This document shows positions 15,490 to 29,025 of a stretch of 64,000 nucleotides of DNA, one piece after another. This stretch comes from the human T2T-CHM13v2.0 reference genome, Homo sapiens: the NCBI RefSeq assembly GCF_009914755.1, contig NC_060926.1; one strand, 5' to 3'. The position numbers were made by a program, and so were the translations under genes. The notes below the pieces were generated by a model. It saw only the letters and a program-made list of their open reading frames with translations, ran no database searches and was not told where the DNA came from. How positions within the stretch are numbered: the first letter of the stretch is position 1; every line of letters starts with the position of its first letter.

Positions 15490-15710
15490 AATGTGACTTA
15501 GTGGAAGCATCTTTAGGCTCAACGCCAAAAAGCCTGGGTTGCAGTCTTGGCACTGCTGGCTATTTACCATTGATCTCATAGGGGCCTATGACTTATCCTC
15601 CCAGAACCTCAGTTTTCTCCCTGAGGAAAATGGGTTGCAAAATATTGATGTTGCCAGGTTGTTGTGAGGATTTGAAAAATGGAATATGTTGAAGTGAATA
15701 GCTCTGTTTC
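15490..15710. mobile_element. MIR
   Basis: gcctgggttgcagtcttggc...aacctcagttttctccctgaggaaaatggg...ggttgttgtgagga. Confidence 0.7.
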
Positions 15711-15999
15711 TGGGTGTTTCAGAGGAGTGGGTAACGCAATGTCAGAAGCAATGAAATCATTTCTTTGAATGGAATGAGAAGAGATCAGCCTCTTTCTTTC
15801 CTGACTTGTTTTAGTAAAGGGAGACAAGGATCACTGAGAGGAGTAGAAAGGGTGCCAGGCAGGGAGGTGGGCGTGTGGCTGTCACCCTGCCCTGCGAGTG
15901 ACTCCTGGCGAGGCTGGTGAGAGCCTGGACGATGCTAGCTTTGTTTGTCCCTGAGAAGAGGTGGGTGGGGTTGAGGTCAAACCCTCACGGTGGAGTGTC

Positions 16000-16210
16000 A
16001 AGGGCTGAGTCTGAGTCCTGGCATTGCTACTCTTAGCTGTGTGAGCTTGGGGGATCCGCATAGCCTTTCTGGGCCTCATCTGCCTTAGCTACAGAATTGA
16101 AGGTGATGATAACAGTTCTCCTCTTCTTACAAAATAGCTGCAGGGATTAGATAAGAAAATGAATGTGAAAGTGATTTATCAAGTGTAAAGTGCTGTACAG
16201 ATGGTGGTTT
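16000..16210. mobile_element. MIR
   Basis: ctgagtcctggc...tagctgtgtgagcttggg...ctgggcctcatc...tgtaaagtgctgtaca. Confidence 0.7.
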
Positions 16211-17089
16211 TTATTGTAGATGATCTCAATTATCCCTTTTAGTTCTAAAGATTTGTGATTCTAAATACAGTGGTGTGAGCAAGAGGCGCTTTTTTTTTTT
16301 TTCCTCAAGCAGCAGAGAGATTTCCTCTGAGTTTCCAGCTCTTAATGTACAACCAAGGCACTGTGTCTTAGGAGGAAATGTCCCTCCTTGGGGGACTGTG
16401 CCTGCCACACAAGGATACTGGGGTGAGTCCTCATCTTGAACTGGAGGATTTAGAGTAGCAAGATATAATCAGACCTTTTGAGGTTTAAATTCAGTTTTCT
16501 TGAGTCAAATTAAGATTTTGCAAAACCCTTTTCTTTAAACCCAAAAGCTCCAAGAGAGCTTAGATGACTTCTTGGATACAAGATAGCCTCATGGGGAGGG
16601 AGCAGGGGGCCATTCTCATGAACAAAGTGCAAATGAATCTGGAGCAGATGGATTTGATTTGCCCATCATATGCACATTTAAGTATTGAGTAGAAAAAGTC
16701 TTGGAAATGTGGATTTGGTGTTTTCCTCCTCAACTCTAAACATTTATAAATAGATCAAGATGCACAGGGGAAGGCAGTTGCATTCTTACTGTGGTTGAGA
16801 GTGGCCCAGGGGAGCGGTCAGACCAGGGCTACTTTCAGGTCTCCTGCTGAGCTCTTTCTCCAGGTCCCTTTGTCTCTGGACAAGGGGTCTCATCTGCACA
16901 ATTGGCTACCTAAGTTGGGACCTTTACTGCAAAGTGAAAATGCAGGTCTCCATATTCAAAAATTAAGAACTTCAAGACAGTGACAGCAGAGCCCTACAGC
17001 AAGTGAGGGGCCCCATGCAACTCACCGATGATGCAGTCATGAAGCTATCTCTGCTTATCTGCCTGGAACACGATTTCTCCTCTCCCTCC

Positions 17090-18830
17090 AGGTCACCTGC
17101 CATGCTTGGCTTTGCTGCTTCCTTCTCACAGAACCTTCCTTGACTCTCCAGGAGAACAAGGTGCCCCTCCACTGTGCTCCTATAGCATCCTTTTCTCACC
17201 TCCATTATTGTACCGATTGACTATAATTGACTGTGTGTATTCATTTATTCACCCAACAAACCATTAATGCCTACAGTCTCATTAATGTTTGTTGACAGTA
17301 CATATTTGACAATATTCGACAATGCAAATCAGTACATATTTGACAATGCAAATCAAGTCAAATATTGTTGAAAATGTTCAATGAGTTTATCAAAATGGGG
17401 TGAATGGGCACTGGGCCAAGTGCTGGCAAACACATTCTGGGAGTCTAAAGGAGTGAACCTAACTCTGGCCCTGGACAGTCTAGAAAAGTTTTCTTTAGGA
17501 GGTAATGCTTGAGTTGAGGCTTGAAGGATGAGTGATTGCAAAAAGAAAGTTAGAAGGACATGAACCAACAAGAGCAAAAGATATGGAAGTAAGGATTAGC
17601 TTGGTATATGCAGGGTTGATGGTACACGGAGTTTGAGGCAGTGTCTGAAGTTAAGTGGGGCTGGAGCAGTAGGTAGGTATTAAGTTACTGAGGCCCATGT
17701 TAAGCCACACAGCTTGCTTTGCCTCATCTGGGAAGTCACTGAAAGTTATCAGCTGAGGAGTAGATAGACTTGCATCTTACGTTAACCACTCTGGTTGCCA
17801 TGGGGATAACAGATCAATGCACATGGAAGCAATAAGACAAATTAAGAAGTAATTCCAAGAAATAATGGTGACTTCAAATAAAATAGGTAATGGAAAAAAA
17901 TGGTCCAGGCGCGGTGGCTCATGCCTGTAATCCCAGCACTCTGGGAGGCTGAGACTGGTGGATTGCTTGAGTTCAGAAGTTTGAGACCAGCCTGGGCAAC
18001 ATGGCAAAATCCTATCTACACGAAAAAACAAAACAAAAACAAAGTTAGCCAGGTGTGGTGGTGCATGCCTGTAGTCCCAGCTACACATAGGAGGCTGAGG
18101 TAGGAGGATCGCTTGAGCCCAGGAGGTCAAGGCTGCAGTGAGCCATGATCATGTCACTGTACTCCAGCCTAGGTGACAGAATAAGACTCTCTCAAAAAAC
18201 CCAAACCAAATAACAAGAACAAGTACAACAAAATCCCTCCAAAATGTATAGATTTAAGAGATGGTTAGGGTGTAGGCTAGCAAGATTGATGGGATGTGGT
18301 ACCCAAAGGAGGGGAAGAATTTAAAGAGGAATTCTTGTTTCTTACATGAGTAACTTGGTTTATTGTTGTAATTCAAACTGAGAAAGACACTAGAAGGCTG
18401 TTTTTGAGGGGCAGATGAAGGAGATAGTGGAAATAAATTTTTGATTTGGACAATTTGAGTCTGAGGCTCCATTGGGTGCCTGTGTGAAAATTTGCACCAG
18501 GCAGTGCCCCCTATAGTGTGAAGCTATGGGGAGAGCCAGTCTGAAGCCACAGATTTCAAAGCATGAGTATGTAGGTGGCAGTCCAGCCGCCCCATTTGAT
18601 AAACTTATTGAGCATTTTCAACAATATTTGACTTGATTTGCATTGTCTTTGGCCATACGTTATTTAAAATAATAAATTATAAAAGCCATGTTGATGGGGA
18701 TGGGACAGGAAGCAATGAGTTGGGTAAATGGCAGGTGAGGAAGTATAAATAAGATCAGACAATTATTTCAGAAACTTGGATAGGAGGGAAAGTCATGGAA
18801 TGGTGGGCTAAGGAGGGATTTGGATTCAAG
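17090..18830. mobile_element. L2 fragments, interrupted by an AluJ and two non-L2 patches
   Basis: L2 3'-end motif attcatttattcacccaacaaa (17239); typical antisense L2 body (aattcaaactgagaaagacactagaag, tttggacaatttgagtctgagg). Confidence 0.65.
17903..18232 (+). mobile_element. AluJ
   Basis: aggatcgcttgagcccaggaggtcaaggctgcagtgagccatgatc. Confidence 0.92.
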
Positions 18831-18845
18831 GAGGTGATCTTCAGA

Positions 18846-19672
18846 TGTTTGTTTCCTGTGGCTGCTGCAACAAATTGCAACAAATGTGGTGGCCTTAAAC
18901 AACACAAATTTATTCTTACAGATATGGAGGGCTTAGGCCCTAAAATCAAGGCATCAGTATGGCTGCATTCTTTGTGACAGCTCTCAGGGAAGAATCCATT
19001 TTCTTTCCCTTTTCAGCTACCGGAGGCAGCCTGCATTTCTTAGCCCGTGGTTCCTTCCTTGTGTCCCTCCCACCTCTGCTTCTGTCATCACGTCTTTTCT
19101 GACTTGGACCATCCTGCCTCCCTCTTATCAGGATCCTTATGATTACACTGGAGCCTACCTGGTTAATCCAGATAAATCTCCCTGATATGGTTTGGCTGTG
19201 TCCCCACCCAAATCTCATCTTGAATTGTAGCTCCCATAATTCCCATGTGTTGTGGGAGGGACATGGTGGGATATAATTGAGTCATGGGGGTGGTTCCCCC
19301 ATACTGTTCTTGTGGTAGTGAATAAGTCTCACGAGATCTGATGGTTTTATAAGGGGTTTCCCCTTTTGCTTGGTTCTCATTCTCTCTTGTCTGCCACCAT
19401 GTAAGACGTGCCTTTCACCTTCTGCCATGATTGTGAGGCCTCCCCAGCCATGTGGAACTGTGAGTCCATTAAACCTCTTTTTCTTTATAAATTGCCCAGT
19501 CTCAGGTATGTCTTTATCAGCAGCATGAAAACAGACTAATACACTCCCCATCTCACCAATTTCCTAATTTAATCCCATCTGCAAAGTACCTTTTTCCATA
19601 TAAAGTAACAGATGCACAGGCTCTGGGAATGAGGATGTGGGCATCTTTGGGTGGGGACTTTATAGCGTCTGT
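18846..19672 (-). mobile_element. MLT1 MaLR LTR split by THE1C
   Basis: tttcctgtggctgctgcaacaaatt...ttaaacaacacaaatttattcttacag; resumes at 19544 (catctgcaaagtacctttttccatataaagtaaca). Confidence 0.8.
19183..19543 (+). mobile_element. THE1C solo LTR with 5-bp TSD CTCCC
   Basis: tgatatggtttggctgtgtccccacccaaatctc...gactaataca; CTCCC at 19178-19182 and 19544-19548. Confidence 0.9.
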
Positions 19673-20121
19673 CATGGGATGGGAGAGGATTGAACATGTT
19701 ATCTGAGGGTAAGGAGGTGGGAAGGAGACAGAGAAAGCGGTGATAGTGGATATCATAGGCAGGGGGATGAAGGGGGAGTAAATGAGGAATAAGGCAATGA
19801 TGGGAGTGGATTGACAGTTTGGATGAGAGACTAGATTGACAGGGAGGCATGAGGTAGTAAGGCCATGAGAGGGGCTTAGTAGCGGGGTGGGGAAAATGGT
19901 AAATGTGTGTGGAATAATGGGAGTTTGGGGTGGAAGTAAAGGTAAGTGAAGGATGTGAGGGCTGGTGCTGAGGATCTAGCTGGCATTAGAGAGATACATT
20001 TGTAATTGTTTCAGTTCTGATGTCTCTTTCTTTGAGTGGTCTGTCACTTGGGTGTAGAAATGCAGATGTTGGGTCTTACTGGGCAGGGATGGCAGAAGCC
20101 ATCCCCGTGGTCCATGTGGTC

Positions 20122-20935
<814 letters not shown>

Positions 20936-21829
20936 ATGGGAAAACTGGGCAGTTCCAGGCTTTAGAGGTCCCTTCAAAGTCAAAGACTGGTGTAGGAAGA
21001 AGGAGGATGGGAAAGATATGGAAGAATTGGAGATGGTAGTCAAAAGGCAGCATAATGGCATTTAATATTTGTGAAATGGCAGGATATAATCCCCAGAGAT
21101 CCTAATTATGTAGGGCTAGGGTGTAACCAAGAATCTGATTTTAAAATAAAATGATCTTTCACGGATGATGGTGCAATGCACCCAGGGTTGGGAACCTTCC
21201 TGCCAGGGAATGACTGTTAGCCAATCTGACCTAATGTGGGAGGGCCAGCCCCTCTGCCCATCATCTGCAAATGCCACCCTTGCCATCTGGCATGGGGAAG
21301 TCTTTGTGTATAGGAATCCATATCTTTCTTGTCAATGTATGCACTTGTTCCATTTTCTTTCACTGCAGTCATTTTTCCTGTATTGCTGAACAAGACAGCT
21401 TCCTCCAACATTCCATCAGCAACACTGGCTGCCTGCTGTTTTTGTGAATCCCTGCATGGCTTCTCTTTGTGTTCTTAGCTTCCCGCCTCTTCTCTTTCAG
21501 CGTTGAGTCCTACTGCTCTGTGGAGAAAGCAGGGATGTTGTGAATTCCTTTTGGTAGGCTCACTTCTTTATTGGTATCTGAGCTGAAAACAGATTTCACT
21601 GTCAGATAGAAATGTAGATACCAAGACAATTTCGGTATCACACTATTAAAAGTAATCATGGCTGCAACAGCTGGGAGTTAGGAAGAATATTGCTTTTAAA
21701 CCATTTCATGTCAAATATCTCCTAGGTTGCATAAACATCCTCCTTTATGTAGCACCTTGCAGAGTCCCTGAATGTACAATGGGCCCTCAATTAATGGCTT
21801 TGCTCCCTCAATCAAATGGACAATAAGAA

Positions 21830-21975
21830 TGAGATGATGGAACGCTTAGTACGTGCCAAGCACTGAGACAGTCCCTATATAATCATCTAATTCTTTCAAC
21901 AATCCTGCGATGCCATTATTACCCTCCTCTTAGAAATCATGAAACAGAAGCTAAGGAAATGATCTGAACTCTTCA
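21830..21975. mobile_element. MIR fragment
   Basis: cgcttagtacgtgccaagcactg...catctaattctttcaacaatcctgcg...gaaacagaagct. Confidence 0.65.
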
Positions 21976-22622
21976 AATTTTGGACAACACTCTCATGACT
22001 CTTACTATGTAAGAAGTATATTATTAGAGGTATTATTCAGGACTGTGACTTTTCAATAGGACTGATTTCTCCCTCTGTTAATTTGGACTCAGCCTTTCTG
22101 TTTATGATGCCTTGGTTTGTCCTTTAATTGTAATGTAAGTCTATCACCATCTGGCTGCCTCTCCTTCCATTCTTTATGGTTAGCTGTTTATGCTCTGGCT
22201 ATGACAAATTCAAAGTTCAAGTCGTATTTCTGGCTAATTCTTTTTTTTTTTTTTAAACATTTATTTAGGAGGACTTGAGAAGAAAGAGTGGGTACTTTTA
22301 AAGTCTAGAGTGGTCAGAACCAGAAGGTGGATCTTACAATATCCTTAACAGTTTGAGATATAGAATCTTCTCTTTTCAAGATGTCACACTATTGTGTTAG
22401 CATCATATTCAAAATTTAGAGCCTAAGCACCTCCCTCCTATCTCTCCTACTCAAATATATTAATTTATCCTTTGTTAAATACTGTAAATATTCCAAACCA
22501 TTGAAAGGCGAACACTTAAATTATCCTGAATTAGGACGCGTTCAGCTTTTTCCTTGGCATCCATCTGAATAAACAGTATGATTCTGTGGCATCTGAATTT
22601 TGCATTTAGATCAGCATTCTTA

Positions 22623-23467
<845 letters not shown>

Positions 23468-23689
23468 GAAGCAGAAAGGCTGGGAGGACAAGTGTTAGGG
23501 AGAGTGTGTGTGGTGAGGGAGAGAGGCCACAGGGACAGGGGAAGGGGGAGAGGTGGTGAAATGGGGAAGATGGAAACAGTATCGGCCAGCAGGAGCTGGG
23601 ATGGGGCTGGAGCCTGATGCCTGAAGGGCAGAAAGGGGTAGTTTGAGGAACCCAAGTACAGCTTGGTACTGTGATGCAATGTCAAAGTA

Positions 23690-23850
23690 GACGGGCATAT
23701 TTGGAGATCAAGACACAAGCCTCAAGTCGTTGCACCTCTATGAGCCTCTGTTTCCAAATATATAAAATGGGCACAATTGTAGCCCCTCCCAGGGTTATGA
23801 GAGTTAAATAAGGTGGTGTGTACTGCATAAAGGGTTTAGTCCAGAACCAT
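23690..23850. mobile_element. MIR
   Basis: cacctctatgagcctctgtttccaaatatataaaatgggcacaat...agggttatgagagttaaata. Confidence 0.7.
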
Positions 23851-25277
23851 GGGCCAGGGCCAGGGCCGGAGGGACATTTGTCTGTCCTCTTCCCTTTTGT
23901 GGAGTGAGGGGTTAGTTTTGAAGCACAAGAAGAGAGAAGGGGAGGGTCGCAAAGAAGGGTAGCGAGAAGGGGAATCAAGGGAGCTCATGTCAGTGCCTCC
24001 CAAACTCAAGCCTATTTGATCGTTAATCCTGATATTTCCATTTCCAATTGAGCACTTTACAGCCTTCTAGTGTGGAAGATATCTAAAATTTATCCAACCA
24101 GTACTCTGTCTTCATCCAAGTGAAGTAGGTAAGCTGGATTTCATGAAGTAACTGAATCCCAGAGAGGCTGGGACCTGTCCTGTATCATGTAGCCTGTGAA
24201 AGGAGAAACTGGGGTGAGAATATCACAGTGAGGGCTGAATTCTTCCTATTGGTGTTTGGAGGAGAGGTCTGTCCCTGGAAGGCTGGGGTCTCCTGGCTGG
24301 CCTGACTCCACCTTGCCCAGCCTGGGGCCCATCACCTCCCAGTGAGAGAGCCCAGTGAACCCGCAGTGGGATTAGATGCCGCTCCTGTCCAACCACCTGA
24401 TGACTTCTACAGCAAAATTTCTCCTTAAATCTGGTTAGAGTTTCTGACTAAGGGAGGAGTGAGTCACCCAACAGCCTTCATCTGAGCAGAACAATGAACG
24501 TGTTAAAGTCATCAGGCATGCGGGCTGGGAGTATATGATGCTGTTCCTCATCTGGTCTAGGACAGAATGTCCTTAGGAAGGTACGAACAATTTTGCTGGT
24601 GAGAACCCCTGATTGAAAAACCATCACTTTACTCAGGCGACAATGTCCCCCGTCTGCCCTGGGTGCTGCTGTCTCTCCTATGTGTCTTTCCATATAGACC
24701 AAGTTTATGCAATACTGATTACATGGAAAACAAAGTATTTGTATAGATACCAACAAAAGCAATGGGTAAATGAGGCTTACTTTTGTTTTAAATGAGCCTT
24801 GTTTAAAACAGAAACCTGCTTTCAATCATAGCTCATTTTACATCAGTCACGTCCTGGGCAGAAATCAGTGTGGTGTCTACAGAGCCGAATATCAGGACAG
24901 CTGGATTCTAGTTCTGTTGGGCTATAACCCCTGTGTGACCCTGGGTGGCTTATTTCCCCTCCCTTTCCCTTAATTTTCCTATTTGTAAGATGAGAGATTT
25001 GGACTGCATCTTCGAGACCATTTCCAACTCCTAGCTCTTGCCATGGATGAGCCGCCGCTGGCAGATCCTGCTTTCTCTCCAGTGGTTAGCAACTTTCAGA
25101 AGCTCCTCGTGGTTAATTGGGAACAATCTTCCTGCTTCAGCTTCTTTCCTCTGCCTAGAACAACTTCTATTCTCCTCCTTCTCTACCAGGAATTCTCTTT
25201 TCCATTCTTTAAGACTTGGCTCAGGCCACACTACTTGCAGAAGCCCTCTTTGACCCTGGGGCGAGAGGCTGGGTTCT

Positions 25278-26256
25278 GTATTAGTTTGTTAGGGCTGCTA
25301 TAACAAAGTAGCATCCACTGGGGATGTTAAACAGCAGAAGGTTCTGGAGGCCAGAAATCAGAGCTCAAACTGTCAGAGGGATTTGAACAAGAGCGACTCC
25401 ATCTTGAGTAGGGGCTGGGTAAAATAAGGCTGAGACCTACTGGGCTGCATTCCCAGATGGTTAGGCATTCTAAGTCACAGGATGAGACAGGAGGTCAGCG
25501 CACGATACAGGTCATAAAGACCTTGCTGATAAAACAGGCTGCAGTAAAGGAGCCAGCTAAAACCCACCAAAACCAAGATGGCCACGAGAGTGACCTCTGG
25601 TCATCCTCACTGCTACACTCCCACCAGCGCCGTGGCAGTTTAGAAATGCCGTGGCAGCCTCAGGAAGTTACCCTATATGGTCTAACAAAAAGGAGGCATG
25701 AATAATCCACCCCTTGTTTAGCATATAATCAAGAAATAACCATAAAAATGTGCAACCAGTAGCCCTCAGGGCTGCTTTGCCTATGGAGTAGCCATTCTTT
25801 ATTCCTTTACTTTCCTAATAAACTTGCTTTCACTTTACGGACTCGCCCTGAATTCTTTCTTGCGTGAGATCCAAGAACCCTCTCTTGGGGTCTGGATTGG
25901 GACCCCTTTCCTGTAACAAAGCTGTGGGCAGGGTTGGGTTTTTTCTGGGGCTGTGAGGGAGACTGCTGCAGGCCTCTCTCCCAGCTTGTGGGGCTTTGTT
26001 CTTGGCCTACAGAAGCATCACCCAAATCTGTCTCCATCTTCACATGGCTCCTCCCTGTGTGCACATCTGTCTCCCAGCTTCCCCTTTTCACGAAGACACC
26101 AGTCATAGTAGGTTAGGACCCATCCTTCTTCAGCATGACCTTGTCTTAACCACTTACTGCCCTATTTCCAAATAATGGCACATGCTGAGCTACACAGGGA
26201 GGGGGATTAGGACTTCAACATAGGAGTTTTGGGGGGACACAATTCAGCTCACAACA
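25278..26256 (-). mobile_element. MLT1 (B/C-type) LTR split by MER41A
   Basis: tgtattagtttgttagggctgctataacaaagta...ggggggacacaattcagctcacaaca. Confidence 0.85.
25371..25918 (+). mobile_element. MER41A solo LTR (ERV1)
   Basis: tgtcagagg...gactccatcttga...aataaacttgctttc...cctttcctgtaaca; lacks the MER41B tandem GAS block. Confidence 0.88.
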
Positions 26257-27211
26257 GGTACCCTTGCTGCGCCCCCTGCACCCCTTCCATGCCAGCTCCA
26301 TGGCGCTGTGGACCATCTTTCCCAGGGCAGCCTCAGTAGCAGAGGAGGCTGAGCCAGAGCGGAGCTTGGAGAGCGGTGAAGAGTTGTCCACAGGTCTGGA
26401 CTGTGGGTCCAAGAAACAGCAGCCAAAGGGAGCAAACAGCAGCTCCATATAGACCATATAGATGTGAGTTGCAGTTGCTCACATCTGCAACTCACGCACC
26501 AGGAGATGAGGGAGGCAGATCAGTGGCAGCCCCAAGGCTTGGAGCAGAGACAGGTATGTGTCTGGGGCTGCCTAGAAAGATGGGTGGAGCTACAGAGGAG
26601 GTGGGCGTGGTCAGGAGGAGAGGCCCACTCAGGAGACAGGGAAGGCCGCTCAGGCTACGGCTGTCTGGCAAGGATGGTGATTCCTTCTGTCCTGGAGCCC
26701 TTTACAGTTTAAACACTCACTCGGTTGGACAATTTCTGTTGGTGTTCAACCCCTGGATGGGCAGGAGTTGTCTTTTGCTTTGACGACATATTCCAAATTT
26801 GTGTAAGTGGACCCTCAGCAGCAGTCCAGGGCTCACCCATTTGGCTTCCTGGATCCCCTTATCTAACGGGACGGAACTCCACAGCCTGGTCTTCCCCTGA
26901 GTCCTGGCCGCGTTGCCCTCCCTCGTGTCGCTATCTCCTTGTTTCCTCGAATTTCATTTTGGAAAATTCCCATTGCACAGCCCAGTGGCTGGAGTTTTGG
27001 TGAAATTTCTTTGGAGTCTTGTGTTGTGTTTTAAAAATCTATGCAGATTTTTGAATTCTATTTTTCCAAGTTTGCACTAATGTAAATGTATTATTTGAAA
27101 CGACTTGGCTTTGATCTTGGAGGGAGATGGAGCAAGTCGATCCTGGGGCTTGCTGTAGGCCTGCCCACTCCATACATGTGGGTTCCTGGATTTTTTGACT
27201 TGCGATTTCAG

Positions 27212-27558
<347 letters not shown>

Positions 27559-27987
27559 TAATGTCCTTCTCAGCTGCTAGACCCAGGCTCCTGGCCCTCC
27601 TTCTCCCCAGTGGCACTCTGAGACCAGCCTCATCCATCTCACCTGTCCTGGCTACCAGGGCAGGGCCAGACATGCCTTCCAGAAAGTGCCCTATCTGATG
27701 CCTCATTTTCATTCTTGGACAGAGCATACCCACAGTTCCAGTCCTTCACAACTGAGGTCTTTGGGGCTGGACCCCTGGGGTGCTCTGTCTTGGGGGAACT
27801 GTGAGCCACCCTTAAGCTGTTCCATTCCTCTGGCTCCATTTCTTCAAGCCACCAAGACCTTTCCAAAGGGGCCAAGAAGGTATCTCCAACCTAGGCCTCT
27901 TCTCCCAGCTGAGGAAAAGGCAGAGAAGTGGAGGATGCTTACCCTGCCCCTGCCTCTGCCATTTCTCCCCAGCTTATGGTCTGATTT

Positions 27988-28452
27988 TGAGGTAGGAGGC
28001 AGGACTCAACTCTGGAAGCAGGGCTTGGACACTGGACCAGATTGAGGATTAGCAAAAAACAGGGCAAGGGTAGAAACAGCTTTCAATCAGACACTCCCAC
28101 CAATGTGCCATGTCGGTCTATCCTTGCCATGGCAACACCCAGGAGTTACTGCCGCTTTCCCTGGCAATGACCCAATGACCAAAAAGTTACTTCCCCTTCC
28201 CTAGAAATTTCTACATAAACCACCCCTTAATCTGCATGCAATTAAAAGTGGATATGCATATGACTGCAAAACTGCCCTGAGCTACTACTCTCCGCCTAAC
28301 TCTGCTCTGCAGGGGCAGTCATGGGGCTGTAACACACCTCTTCAATAAAGCCATTTTCTTCTACCTTTGGCTTGCGCTTGAATTCTTTCCTGAGCAAAGC
28401 CAAGAACCCTCATGGGCTAAGTGCCACTTTCAGACTCACCTGCACTGTGTCA
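27988..28452 (+). mobile_element. MER66-like ERV1 solo LTR
   Basis: tgaggtaggaggcaggactc...ggaccagattgagg...aataaagcc...gaattctttcctgagcaaagccaagaaccc...tgtca; TG...CA ends. Confidence 0.75.
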
Positions 28453-28479
28453 GTTTCACCTCCTCCGTAAGTCTCAAAG

Positions 28480-29025
28480 AGCCAGTGCTTAGGTGTCTAA
28501 GGACTTGGGTTCACATCTTTCTTCGACTTATTAGGTATGGGATCTTGTGGTAGCCTTATAACTGCTATGAACCTCAGTTTCCTTATTTGTAAAATAGGGA
28601 TATTCAACTCCAGTTGAAAGAGTTAAGTGGGATAACGAATAATAATATGGTTTGGCTCTGTGTCCCCACCCAAATCTCATCTCTAGTTGTAATTCCCACA
28701 TGTCAGAGGTGGGCCCTGGTGGGAGGTGATCAAATTATGGGAAAGCACGTCCCCCTTGCTGTTCTTGTGATAGTGAGTTCTCACGAGATCTGATGTTTAA
28801 AAATGTGGCGCTTTCCTCTTCTCTCTCTCTCTCTCTCCTGCTCCACTATGGTAAGACGTGCCTTGCTTCCCCTTCACCTTCTGCCACGATTGTAAGTTTC
28901 TTGAGGCCTCCCCAGCCATGTGGAACTGTGAGGCAGTCTCAGGCAGTTCTTTATGGCAGTGTGATAGCGGTCTAATACAGATGGTAAAGCACGCACCACA
29001 GTGCCTGACATACAGCTGGCACCCG
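28480..29025. mobile_element. MIR split by MST
   Basis: aacctcagtttccttatttgtaaaataggga before; gtaaagcacgcaccacagtgcctgacatacag after. Confidence 0.7.
28643..28979 (+). mobile_element. MSTA-like MaLR solo LTR
   Basis: atatggtttggctctgtgtccccacccaaatctcatc...gttctcacgagatctgatg...tctaataca. Confidence 0.85.

Noticed and set aside
17400-18590. Existing inversion or DNA transposon bounded by the 58-bp inverted repeats
   Set aside because: The interior is L2 plus Alu apparently in the same orientation as the flanking L2, with no TSD or transposase; kept only as a templated-insertion finding.
19439-19451. PRDM9 hotspot motif in the THE1 LTR
   Set aside because: Sequence is CCTCCCCAGCCAT, mismatching CCNCCNTNNCCNC at positions 7 and 13.
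26290-26315. REST/RE1 site (cagctccatggcgctgt)
   Set aside because: Half-sites are overlapping and mis-oriented; not a canonical 21-bp RE1.
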